Shown one piece after another: positions 1-12,700 of a stretch of 64,000 bases of DNA (its first letter is position 1; each line of letters starts with the position of its first letter). Position numbers and translations under genes: made by a program. The notes under the pieces are model-generated. The model was not told the origin of the DNA. It worked only from the letters and a program-made list of their open reading frames with translations, and ran no database searches. The DNA lies in contig OZ316899.1 in assembly GCA_973895155.1 (NCBI GenBank), positions 1,883,573-1,947,572 of the forward strand. Direction: 5' to 3'. This DNA comes from Marsupella aquatica. Taxonomy: Eukaryota; Plantae; Marchantiophyta.

Positions 1-2360
1 CACCGCCGGTCGCCCCGCCAGTACAAGTACGCTCCGTCGTCAACGCTGTGGACCTCAGCGACGACAAAGACGATACCTTACCCCTGCTCAGGCGGCCTAG
101 AGGAGCAAGCATCCAGGGAGCTGGCACTACATCACCCCTTCCCCAGGCCCGGACCCGAGTAGCGACTCCAGCGGATAACACGGTAACCGTAGCCTCCCCG
201 GCCCCAATACTAACGGCAGTGGCACTACCCATACTCGATCGGGAGGATGGGGAGGTGTCACCCTCCGCAAGCCATCACGGGAGCCAGTCTTGGGGAAAGA
301 AGAGGAAGGAACCCGCAGCTGTATCCGGGCTACCCATGGCCACGGTAGCCGTGACCAAGGTAACAATGCATCGCATGGGGGAAAATGTGCATAAGAACAT
401 CCTCCACCCCAAACATGCGGTGTACTTGAAGACTCAGGGGTTTGAGCACCTCGCCTCTCTCCCCTGGAACACTTGTAGATACTACGGGGAGGATATGACG
501 GAGTTTGTCAAGAATTATGATGACGTCCGTCAGCATATTCGGTTGTAGGGGAGGAATATGTCCCTCACAGAGGAGCAGCTTAGGATGATCTTTGGGCTAC
601 CCGAGGGTGGTCACCGAGTCGAATCACGGGCTCCCGGGGGCAAGGGAGCCAAGTACCAATCCTCAAGTTTTCCCTCCGAGGGGTCAGTGGACAATGGGTT
701 CATGATGAGGACCTGCCTCATCCCCAAGATAGCTGAGCGGTTGGAGTTCCAGAGGTATGCCCTCCACATGATGGAATCTCGGGCGAGATCTCTGCTGCCC
801 AAGTTATCCAGGTCGAGAAGTATCAACCTAGGAAGTGGGCTTTGTACTTTGCTAAGAAGTTCCATGAAGAGATGGAGCGACAAAGGAAGTCGCTATACAT
901 CGGCAGGAAGGCGTATTTTGCAAGCCACATCGAGATCATTCTTGAGTGGTACGCCCGGTTTGATCAATGAACCCTTCCCCGGGTCAACGTAACTAAGTTG
1001 GTCCCGACTAAGTGGATCTTCCCGGCCTTGGAGAGACGGCCTCAACCCGAGGCCCAAAGTTTGGCGGCAACACAGGCCTCACCCATCCAACCTCCACAGG
1101 TAGCGGTAGCCGTGGCCAAAGAAGTACCAAAAGAGGCAATGATCGCAACCTTAGACGCGATCAACCAGGCCAGGCCTGGTACAGACGTTGGGGCGGTGGA
1201 GGCCTTGCCCGAGCCCGAGGGTCCAAAAGACCCACCAGTGGCTATTCCAGAGGACAGCCCGATGGTGGAGGAGGACACTCCAGCCCCTTCCAACACTACA
1301 TCCACAGGGCTGGATGTCACTACCCCGGCTCCCACGCGAGTTAATGTCTGCCCGTGCCCAACTCCAGACGAGCATAACCTGGACCACCCGGAACTCTTTG
1401 TATAGGGTACATTTCTAAATGGGCTTCTGGGAGATTTCTCCCAACAGATAGCCTGTGTTACCGGGGAGTTCATGGCTTGGAAGGTAGCCTACTTCTTCAA
1501 TCAGGAGTTGGTTACCGCAGTAAAGGCAGGTCGGGCTCAGTCGGAGGCCCTTCAGTGGATAGAGCGGTACCGGGTTGAGTCCATGTACCTAAAGGATGAA
1601 GTTGCGGCTCAAGAGGCTAAGCTTCTACCACTACAACCCAAGGTTGCAGTCGCTGATGAATTGTTAGCAAATGCGCATGCCCTTACCGCCTTAGCCGAAT
1701 AGGCCAAAGCCGGGAAGGAGGCCAAGATTGCACGGCTCCGGACCCAGGTTGACAGTTTGAAGAATCAAATTGTCATCTGGCAGAAAGACCTAGAGGAGGC
1801 CGAAGAGCGGGCCCAACATGACACTACGGAGATTGCCACCCTGCAGGCCAAAGTGGCACGGCTTCAAGCCAAAGCCGAGAAACAGACCCAGGTGGTGGAC
1901 AAGCTGACGAGCAACGCCCAACAACTGGAAGAGGCATGCCAGGAGGCAGTTGAGGAGATGGACGCGGCAAAGTAAGAAAATGAATCTCTGCTGGACTAAG
2001 TCCAGCTCCTCAAGATATGACGACAGACTCCGTAGGCAGCGAGATGGCCACTCCCACTTGGACGGCTCTAGCAAGCGCACCAGACATTAGTGGAGGGTTA
2101 GACTCAGAATAGACTTAGGAGTAGCTAAAACAGGCTGGTAGGACAAGTGCCGGCCAGAAGATAGTGGCACTGACACATTAGCCAGCCTATATAGAATAGG
2201 TTAGACTAATAGGACAAGCAGGCACCAGCTTAGTAAGGATATAAGTTAGCGTAGATTCGGGCACGAGGCCAGGCCGGTCCTCAGCCCTTAGTATTTAGCG
2301 GCCCCCCAGTAGAGGTTAGGGGAGGGGGATTTTAGACTCAGAGGTTGGCCATTCGCAGTA
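1..2360 (+). mobile_element. Partial copy of an LTR-like retroelement family (runs off the left edge) carrying a degenerate ORF: Athila env-like/Transposase_32-like domain, Pro-rich linker and coiled coil
   Basis: High-identity (by eye) inverted match to 7600-9772 and 14435-14600. ORF pieces 48-548, 558-992, 998-1405, 1472-1702 and 1757-1975 are collinear with the minus copy and broken by stops/frameshifts. The motif pattern LPW..EFVKNY..RGRNMSLT...IFGLP resembles plant retrotransposon env-like proteins. Confidence 0.7.
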
Positions 2361-2432
2361 TGCACTCTCTGGGGGGAAAATGTGTTTCTTGAGGAAGCAT
2401 CGGGCCTATGGCTGCTAGTGTCAAGAGAGAAC

Positions 2433-5400
2433 TTAAGTTAAGATCATGATTACTATTCTAGATTGGGTAGCAGACACCACAAGGAATGGTTCTGTGGATG
2501 AAAGCACAACATCATAACCCTTTTCTCCATACCTACGGACTATTGCCTCCTTGGGTCGAGTTACAAAATGAATATCTCCTAACGAGAAAGAAACGGAAGG
2601 TTCATCGGAGGGAGGTTTGTTGAGATCCATCTCAATACAAGATAAAAATTGTGCAAGCCCGGGCATCACCACCGAGACAGGAAACAGGAAAACATAATTC
2701 TTGTTAACGGGAAAACAAGAACCTGTACCATGAATGTTTTGAAGTTTTGAGCCCACATTTTAGCGAAAGGTAACACTTGATCGGGTTCCTTACAACAACT
2801 AAATGCAGTCACTTCTCCACCAAATATACATAAACCATCGAGTGGGTCCCACCATACACTGGCTGCTGATACGAAACACACTCAAAATGTTACTTATCTT
2901 AAAAATATCATCGGAGTCGGAACTGTATTCTATAATATCGCTAGGCACTAACAAAAAACAAACCAAGATTTCTAGCCCATTTAAATAAACTTCTTGCAAA
3001 AATACTTACTAGTGTAAGAGTTTAGATGAGAAGAATTCCATTCCCAGAATGTTAAGAAACGGAAATTTTGGTTGCAAACACAAGTACTTTAAAGCATCCA
3101 TCCGGCCCATGAAATGAAAGAGATTCACTCAGAACGGGACAAACTTATGCTAGCGCCGGGCGCTAGCCATATATATTAACCAAATGTGATCGTTGAAAAG
3201 AAATGAAATGTTGCACATGCGACAAATGAGGTTGGAGCCGTTCAACATTACTAAATCTCTAGTCTATAAGTTTAGAGAATTCTGCCTAGCTAGAATGAGC
3301 CTCACCTCACCTACAGTCAAAATTGGTTGACTAGCCAAAGTTGAATCCACGACATCTAGTTTGAGGACGTTGGTATAAACCCAATATAGATGCTTGCAAG
3401 GCATGAAAGGCCGTCCATGAGAATGGCGACAATAGAAGTCCTCACAAGAATAGCAGGGGAAAATACAAATCTGCACCCAGTAAGTGTTTGCCGTACGAAG
3501 TTTCTCTTGGGTCTGGATCTGAAATTGTTTGCCCCAAGGGTTTCCGATTGAAACATCAAACTGTTGAATCAGTGTCATCGGCTCCTTGTTTGCAGATTCA
3601 ATTCTTTTGTTGTGTCCTTGTGAAAGATTTGAACGTGGGACTGTATTTTTACCATTCCTACTCCAAAGGCGGATATTTGGCTCCAAGAGATTGATTTTCT
3701 CAGGGAAAACATTCACATTGATTCGCAAGTCAAATGGAGATGGAGGAGCCTGACGTCCGGCCTCTGGATTGATTGCAATCCCTTGCTGAGATAGGAATTG
3801 GACCTCAGCTTCCGAAAGATTTGTGCCCTTCAAAACGGGCAGGGTATGAGGAAACGGGGGAAGATTCACCACATTACGACGGGGCCGACTCTTATAGCAT
3901 GCATTATTGGGACAGAACCAAATCATCTCAGGATGTGGTTCTCCCCTGAACATGCGATATCCTTTGACAACAATACCAACTACACCATCCGTTGACGGGT
4001 AACCAACCTTTTTTAGACGATTTTGACAGTCATCTCGATCCGATTTACCACCAAGAGATCCATTACATTGAGGCCCTGCACCATGTTTCATCACTCTTCA
4101 CAGGTGCCAAGCACCTGGTTGCACATCTGTCTCCAACACAGATGAGTCATGGACAACCCTTTGGAGTTCGGAGGTGCACTTTGCGGTGCTACAGAAGACC
4201 TTGTCACCCTCCTCCACGGCGGAGTACTCCAATGACAGCCTTCTCTGATTTCGCTTTCCGACAGATCCACAACGCCAATGTTATCATGAACGGTCCCTCT
4301 GCATTCGGGGAGAATTTGGTCTTGTTTAAGTTTTTCCTCTTCATGCCTCGAGTATTTGGTGGTGTTACAAGAATAGTGTCATGCCGATGGGAGTCTTGTG
4401 CCGAGATGTTCCCAGAGGCCTGACCTTTCCTCTTCATAGACTTTGTTGTAACATCCCCATTGAGTGGACCACTCCTTTCCAGGTCGAATTCAGCCGCACC
4501 GGAAAGAAGCATATTGGAAGCATCTTGGAAAAGTTTTGAAGAACCTGCCTGGTCCGCCAAACGGAATGCCAATTCCCAAATTGTAGGTCCGGTTCCTCGA
4601 TGAAGACCTCTCTTATACGCCGTGTATGCTGCAACTTGTGAGACACCCCTGTTTTGGTCCATCTCACATGCTTCGAATAGGCCAGCCTTTTTCTTAGTTT
4701 GCCAAGCCTTCATTATGGAATGCGCCGCCTCTGAAGTAGTACAGTTAGGAATCATAGCGCTTTCCTCCACGCTTTTGTTCTGCATCCACCATAGGAGCAA
4801 AGTTTAGGAAATATGAATTAGCCACATGTACATAAAATCAATGACACCGCCTGGCGCTAGCAACATTCAAACTAAATTTTTGTAAATTTAAGAAACAAGT
4901 GGTCCATTAATACTAGCGCCGGGCGCTAGTATCAAAAACCAGATAATGATGAACGAAACCTACGAGACCACACTAACTGAAAATAATGGTAGCGCCAAGC
5001 GCTAGTATGAGTTCGAGTGGTTACTGGATGTTGAAACTCACCAAACGAATGAAATTTCCCCATTGACGCCATCGGACCACCCACCACGCCAACCAACCTT
5101 GGAGCATTCAACGCTTCCCTAGAACACAATTCCCAGATCTCCACCATACATTGATATCCCTTGAAATTCTGTACGCTCCAAGAAATGTGGACGCGTTCCT
5201 TAAAGAGTCCCACATCTTCCGATGCTCATCTCGTTTTTCTTCCAATACACCTTCAATCGAGTGACGATGAAACGATTGATAGAAGTGAAACGCATCCGAT
5301 CGCTCCTTTTCTGGGTAGGATGTCCTCCGAAAAACACATTCCAAACAACATTCCATCCAGCTTGGGCATTGTCAGCCATGAATCCATGGATCACAACATT

Positions 5401-7085
5401 ATCCAACCCATTTTCATGGCAAACCTCAATCATCAATTTCCAGGCTTTCTCTAAAGACTCTGAATCTTCTGCTTTCAACTCACATGTGAAAATTGTGCAA
5501 AGAGCACGATAATTGTGATCATAAACAAGTGCGCTAAAAGTTATCCAATCTTTTGTCATCCTCCTCATCACATCAAAATTGACCCATGCCCCTTCCAATG
5601 GACCTCCAGGCTGCATTTGGCGCAACAAATCAACTCCAGATCCATGCCCTTTTACAGTCATTTTGAAAATATGTGGCCTATCCTCTTTATAGCCTTGACC
5701 TGGGAGCATGTAACGTTGTAGAAAGGGAAAGATTATGCATTTATGCATTTCAACAAGAAACTCCAACTCACTTTTGCCTTTTTGGTCTTGCCGAACGCTT
5801 CGAAAAAGAGATGCAAACTTTTGAGGGGTCGAAACTACCATTAACGACTCCCGAATTTCTCTTTCCTCCAATTCACCAATGTCATTGTTGGACACACAAA
5901 GAGCCTTCCTTAAAGATCCAATTATAGCGTTCTTCAGACCTGATGGTGTGGCACACGGCGTAGCTTCATGTTGTTTCTTTATGAAGTTGTGAGCAATCTT
6001 TTCAGCACCACAAGAAAAAACTTTTCGATTGGGATGAGCATGAGTTCCAACATGCACAGCAAGACGGGACATATGCTTACAAGTATCCGCGTCTAGAAGT
6101 AGTTGAGGGTACATATAAAAAAGCATTGCAGGACATGCTTAAGTACAAAAGGGTAATTGTTGGCAATAGTGACAAACTACGCCACCCTCGTCAATCATCT
6201 TTCCTACGGTATGTGGCCCCGCGAGTTTGGGTGTCCCATCCCAAGCTTTACAATTTCTTTGTTTCTTCCGCAAAAGATAATCACACTTCTGATTCTGACA
6301 TTCTAGTGCTCCTGTACACGTCACTTTACCAAATTCCCAGAACTTTTTCGGTTGTACATTCGCAGAGGTTGGAAATATTCGTGTCCAGAAGTAGCAGTCT
6401 TTCGGCCGATCCATGTCACGGAGTCTTGAACCTTTTGAAAGAAGACTTCTGCGGGAGGCAATTCAAATACAACGTTTCCATTGTATTTGCTTGGGAGGCA
6501 ATTCACCTGCTCATGCTTGAAATCACATGTTCGGATGAATCGCGATAGTTCACTATGGCCAGCTGATTTGAGAATAGCATCCATCGCACTTCGACGGTAG
6601 ACAATACCTCCCGCAACACCCCCCGCAACGTGTGTCTCCGCAACACCCCCCACAACGTGTGTCTCGAAAAGAAACTGACCTTCCAACTTGACCGAAGTTC
6701 CCGAATTGGGCGATTTTTGCGAATGAACGGCAACATCCTCCTCATCACTATCGGAAAGGTGAATGACTGGAACCGGATGAATTTCATTCCTAACGGAATT
6801 ATCTCAAAGATTGATATAGTATCTCTTCCGAGCATTCAGTTGCCAAAATCTGACTCCATCGTCAATATCAAACAATGCGTCACCAGCCTCATCTCCAGAA
6901 GCATCAACAGGTTTGATGGAAAGAATGTCATTGATGCCAATGTCAAATCTTCCACAAAGATAGTTCTCACTAACCTGTTTGTACGTGTCAGAAGAACCTA
7001 AAGGAATGCGTACAATCTCTCCAGTTCCAGAACGCAGAAGCACAACTGAATTAGACATTGCGGAACAATAATCCCAAATTGACAA
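2433..7085 (-). pseudogene. Mutator-like (MULE) DDE transposase with GCM/WRKY-like Zn-binding N-terminal domain and C-terminal SWIM finger; multi-exon, frameshifted
   Basis: ORF 5200-6126 has FDVMRR...ELKAEDSESL...FMADNAQAGWNVVWNVF (MULE D..D core). The shifted frame 5108-5356 gives FHFYQSF. About 5050-5100 reads GWLAWWVVRWRQWG. ORF 4204-4800 has TTSEAAHSIMK (catalytic E region). ORF 3264-4094 has CYSCEDF...PCKHLYWV (SWIM-like). 6139-6414 plus the start of 5200-6126 give CTGALECQNQKC...CHYC...CKH...HAHP. Confidence 0.7.
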
Positions 7086-9772
7086 ACAGAGAAAATGAGA
7101 GAATAGGAGAACATAACCCGACTTAAGTTAAGTGAATTCGTAACAAACTCTAGAAGAGTATCGTTTGTGAACGACAAAACGGGTACTAGTCGTAAAATGT
7201 AGAAACATAAATATCGTTTGTCGTTTTGCCAACATCACTACGTACTGGTAACATCAATAATATAGTTTGAGAAACATGATCAGATATTTACTAGCGCCCA
7301 ACGCTACCATAAATAAGTCATGGAATTAAAACCTAAAAACCAAACTTCATATGCTAGTGCCAGGCGCTATCATTAATCCACTTCCATTTAAAGGTGAAAA
7401 ACTCTATTAATTTTATTGGAATAACAAAAATGTCAAAAGACATTGAGTTTGTTTGATATAATTGTTGTTTATAGGAAATATACACGTATCAAATATAGTT
7501 AGCGCCCGACAGCCAGGCTCCGCACTTGCCTGACAAGCTTAGTCGTATACCCTCCCCTTGGCACTCCGGTACTTCACCGAGTTTGGGACTCCCCGCGCGT
7601 ACTGCGAATGGCCAACCTCTGAGTCTAAAATCCCCCTCCCCTAACCTCTATTGGGGGGCCGCTAAATACTAAGGGCTGAGGATCGGTCTGGCCTCGTGCA
7701 CGAATCTACGCTAACTTATATCCTTGCTAAGCTGGTGCCTGCTTGTCCTATTAGTCTAACCTATTCTACACAGGCTGGCTAATGTGTCAGCGCCACTATC
7801 TTCTGGCCGACACTTGTCCTACCAGCCTGTTTTAGCTACTCCTAAGTCTATTCTAAGCTTAACCCTCCGCAAATGTCTGGTGTGCTTGCCAGAGCCGTCC
7901 AAGTGGGAGCAGCCATCCCGCTGCCTATGGAGTCTGTCGTTGTCCGCCTTGAAGAGCTGGACTTGGTCCAACAGAGATTCATTTTCTTGCTTCGCCGCGT
8001 CCCTCTCCTCAGCTACCTCCTGGCATGCCTCTTCCAGTTGCTGGGCGTTGCTCGTCAGCTTGTCCACCACTTGGGTCTGTTTCTCGGCTTCGGCTTGAAG
8101 CCGTGCCACTTCGGCCTCCAGGGTGGCAATCTCCGCCGTGTCACGCTGGGCCCGTTCTTCGGCCTCCTCTAGGTCTTTCTGCCAGATGACAGTTTGGTTC
8201 TTCAAACTGTCAACCTAGGTCTGGAGCCGTGCAATCTCGGCCTCCTTCCCGGCTTTGGCCTGTTCGGCTAAGGCGGCAAGGGCATGCGCATTTGCTAACA
8301 ACTCATCGACGGTTGCAACCTTGGGTTGTAGTTGTAGAAGCTCAGCCTCTTGAGCCGCAACTTCATCCTTTAGGTACACGGACTCAACCCGGTACTGCTC
8401 TATCCACTGAAGGGCCTCTGACTGAGCCCAACCTGCCTTTACTACGGTAACCAACTCCTGATTGAAGAAGTAGGCTACCTTCCAAGCCATGAAATCCCCG
8501 GTATCCCGGGCTATCTGTTGGGAGAAATCTCCCAAAAGCCCATTTAGAAATGTACCCGGTACGAAGAGGTCTGGGTGGTCCAAGTTATGCCTGCCTGGAG
8601 TTGGGCACGGGCAGACGTTAACTTGCGTGGGAGCCGGGGTAGTGACATCCAGCCCTGGGGATGTAGTGTTGGAAGGGGCTGGAGTGTCCTCCTCCACCAT
8701 CGGGCTGTCCTCTGGAATAGCCACTGTTGGGTCTCTGGACCCTCGGGCTCGGGCAAGGCCTCCACCGCCCCGACTTCTGCACCAGGCCCGGCCTGGTTGA
8801 TCGCGTCTAAGGTTGCGATCACTGCCTCTTCCGGTGCTTCTTTGGCCACGGCTACCGCTACCTGTGGAGGTTGGATGGGTGAGGCCTGCGTCGCCGCCAG
8901 ACTTTGGGCCTCGGGTTGAGGCCATCTCTCCAAGGCCGGGAAGATCCACTTAGTCGGGACCAACTTAGTTACGTTGACCCGAGGAAGGGTTCGTCGATCA
9001 AACCGGGCGTACCACTTGAGAATGATCTCGATGTGGCTCGCAAAATACGCCTTCCCGCCGATGTATAGCAACTTCTTTCGCCGCTCCATCTCTTCATGGA
9101 ACTTCTTAGTGAAGTACAAAGCCCACTTCCTAGGTTGATAGTTCTCGACCTGGATAACCTGGGCAGCAGAGATCTCGCCCCGGGGTTCCATCATGTGGAG
9201 GGCGTACCTCTGGAACTCCAGCCGCTCAGCTATCTCGGGGATGAGGCAGGTCCTCATCATGAACCTGTTGTCCATTGACCCCTCGAAGGGAAAACTTGAG
9301 GATTGGTACTTGTCTCCCTTGCCCCCGGGAGCCCGTGATTTGACTCGGTGATCGCCCTTGGGTAGCCCAAAGATCATCCTGAGCCGCTCCTCTGTGATGG
9401 ACATATTCCTCCCCCGCAGCTGAGTATGCTGACGGACGTCATCATAATTCTTGACAAACTCCGTCATGTCCTCCCCGTAGTATCTACAGGTGTTCCAGGG
9501 GAGAGAGGTGAGGTGCTCAAACTCTTGAGTCTTCAAGTACACCGCATGTTTGGGGTGGAGGATGTTCTTATGCACGTTTTCCCCCATGCGGTGCATTGTT
9601 ACCTTGGCCGCGGCTACCGTGGCCATGGGTAGCCCGGATATAGCTACGGGTTCCTTCCTCTTCTTTCCCCAAGATTGGCACCTCCCCATCCTCCCGATCA
9701 GGTATGGGTAGTGTCACCGCCGTTAGTATTGGGGCCGGGGAGGCTACGGTCACCGTGTTATCCATTGGAGCC

Positions 9773-12700
9773 TGTGATGCCTAGACAGGAATCACTCGGC
9801 CGGTTAAGTGGGTAAAGCAGGAAGGCACCCTAGGAACACCTTAGTATAGTGACAAAACAAGGAAAATATAAACAATTAGGGGCAACCATGGAACCCGGGC
9901 AGAGGCCGGAGGTAAGGCTGAGGGTGAAAACCCGATTAGGGTTAGGGCGCGTTAAGCGTCGGCGGCTAGGAAGGATCAACGGGAAGAAGGACCGGCAGAG
10001 GAGAGGGGTAAGGAGCGCTTGCAGGAGATGGTGGCTCATTTGCGAGCACGAACTAGGCAGACGACTACGGGAGGCCAACTACTGTCAGCTGCTTAGGCAA
10101 GCACTCGGGGAGAGAGTAGATACCGACGATCAACCTAAGGAGGGTATGAGCAACATCAATCAAGCGGCACATTTCTGGGGATGCCTGTTCGAACGGGCAA
10201 CTGAGTACATCAAGACTTACGAGGACGAGGAGTCAGAAAGGGCAGCTCGAGAACGGCAGGAGCTCGCTCGATTGTGGGAGCTGCAGAAGACGGCTTTCTT
10301 AGGAGGCGAACTCATCAAGGACGAGTTCCTGTGGACGCCTACTTCCAATCAACTCGACGATCTTCTGTTTTGCAAGGACAGCGTCGTCGGCATCCGAGAG
10401 GCCATCAAGAACTGCAACGACATACATTGGGAATTAAAGGGTAGCACGGAAAGGTGGACCCAGGCAACGGTGCTAGGAGAAACCTCCACGGCAGCAGAGA
10501 TGAAGAGGAAGGGAGCCGTCAACGATGAAGCCACCCCGGCAAAAAGAACGAGGTCGACGGCACCAAAGAAGCCAGTCGAGCAGCAGAGCAGGAGGCAGGG
10601 AGAAGCCGAAGAGGAGGAGGTCGATCCCATCAAGGCCATTCCAACCAGGGATGACACCTGGAAGGGCTGGGCGGCAACCCTACCGGTGGAGGTGCAACTA
10701 CATTTTGCACGGGAGGAGGATGCATGCTTTACGGCCATGCAGACCAAGAAGTACCAAGGCTTCATGGCCGGATCCGGCTTGGAGGCCTTTGTAAGATTAC
10801 CATGGCTGAAGCCGGAGGTACCGGAGTCAGACCTATTAGAATTCGTGGGGTCATGGGAACCCGAGACCAATTGCACGAGGATATATGGGAAGGATTTCTA
10901 TCTTACTCCCAAGGTGATTGCCGAAGTGTTTGGCTTGCCGATGGGCAATAAGACCAAAGTTGATACCAGGAAGACCTTGCCTGACAAGGAGTTCCGGTCG
11001 TTCCCCGGGCCATCAACGAAGAATGGCTTCTTCCGGAACACCTGCACCAACCCGCACATAGGAGAGATGATCGACTTCTTGCGGGTGACCATGCATTGTA
11101 ACTTGCCGAGGGCAGAGATCGGCAAGGCACAGGTCTATCTGGCAGAAAGGCCAGACCCAAGCCGGGACTACAACGGGTACCTCCTCAACCAATTGAAGAA
11201 GATCTTAAAGGAGGAGCAGCAGGTAATCGGCATGGGGAGCGTGTCGCGGCTTGGCTATCACATGCCGCTGTTGTGCCGGTATGCCAGAGGTCAGACTTTT
11301 GCCCCGGTACTTCCCCTGCAGGTAAGGGCACCCGAGGAAGCTCCAACGCCGAGGCCATTGGCTGAGAAGCCTCAACCACCTGTTAGTCCTACGATTGAGC
11401 AGGTGTTTAGGCCCAGGAAGGAAGACTTGCCGATGCAGCAACCAGGCATGCAGAGTCTGCTGAAACTACTGGAGAAAGAAAAGAAATCGGCATCGGCAAC
11501 AACAACGGCAACGGCAACCATGCAGGACACTACTACAGAGGTAGGCCTACACCGGCTCACAAGAGAAAACCCCTTTGCTGGAGACGAGAGAATCAGGCCG
11601 GAATCCAAGCCAGGTGTTCGAATGTACGTGGGAACCTCAAGCTCCGAATCTGAGGCAGAATTGCCTGAAGCTCCTACCGAGGAAGAGGAGAGGGAGAAGC
11701 CGGAAATCCAAGAGGTAGAGGAGGCAGTGGAGGACTGCAGCCATGATAATTCCGGCTATGGGTCGGACCATCACGTTCCAGGAGTAAGGACCTGTGGCCG
11801 GTTTGTCCCCACACTTCCAAGGGTAGTGCGAGGGGACCCCAACCAGCAGAGTAGCCCTGAGTCTCCCCCACCAGATGTTGCTCCCCCGAGCTTCGACGGC
11901 ATAAAACAGACGGTGCAGGAATTTCAGGAGCGAATCAAGCAGGAGGAAGAGGCCGCCCTGGCTAAGGAAAAGGATTTACCAGGAGGAGATTGGCCGGAGG
12001 ACATCAGGCGGCTAGCCGAAAAAGGAAGCAAACCTCTAGCCACGATTGAAGAGATCCGCAGGACGGCTTGGGAGCAGAGGCCACGATGGGCGATGCCGAT
12101 CACTTCTACTTACTCCACCTACGCTAAGAATAGAGCCATGGAGTATGGTGAGATGTGTGGGGAACTTGCGCTCGGCATCTTTGGAGAGGAGTTGGAGGTA
12201 GGACCCTTTTTCCATAGGGAGCAGTTGGAGAAGCACCAATTAGAAGAAGCGGTGGCTTTAGAGAGAAGCAAGAAGGACGAGGTCATTCGGCGGCTTAGGA
12301 GGATGGAAGCCGAGATTGAAGATCTAAGGGCGGCCAAGAAAGCCCAAGATGAACTGCGGATTAAACGACATGAGCTGAACATCATGCGGGGGCAGTTGGA
12401 CGCCGCGCAGGCTGATAATCAGAATATCAAGGATAAACTGACTCAGACGCAGGAAGAGTTGGCCGACACGATCAAAGAAAGGGAAAAGTGGAAGCAAGAG
12501 CTGAAGAATACAGAGGAGGCCCACATAACAGCCAACAGCCGGGCCATGGCGGAGACCCAAAGAAAGGAATGGGCGTTGAAAGGGGAGCTCGAGAAAATCC
12601 GCGGAGCCCTTGAGCAGAAGGAGGTCGAGTTAGGGAAATCCTATCAAGGGATTATGGCGCTGCAGCAGGAGCTTGCGTCCCTGACGGCCAGCTTCAAGGC

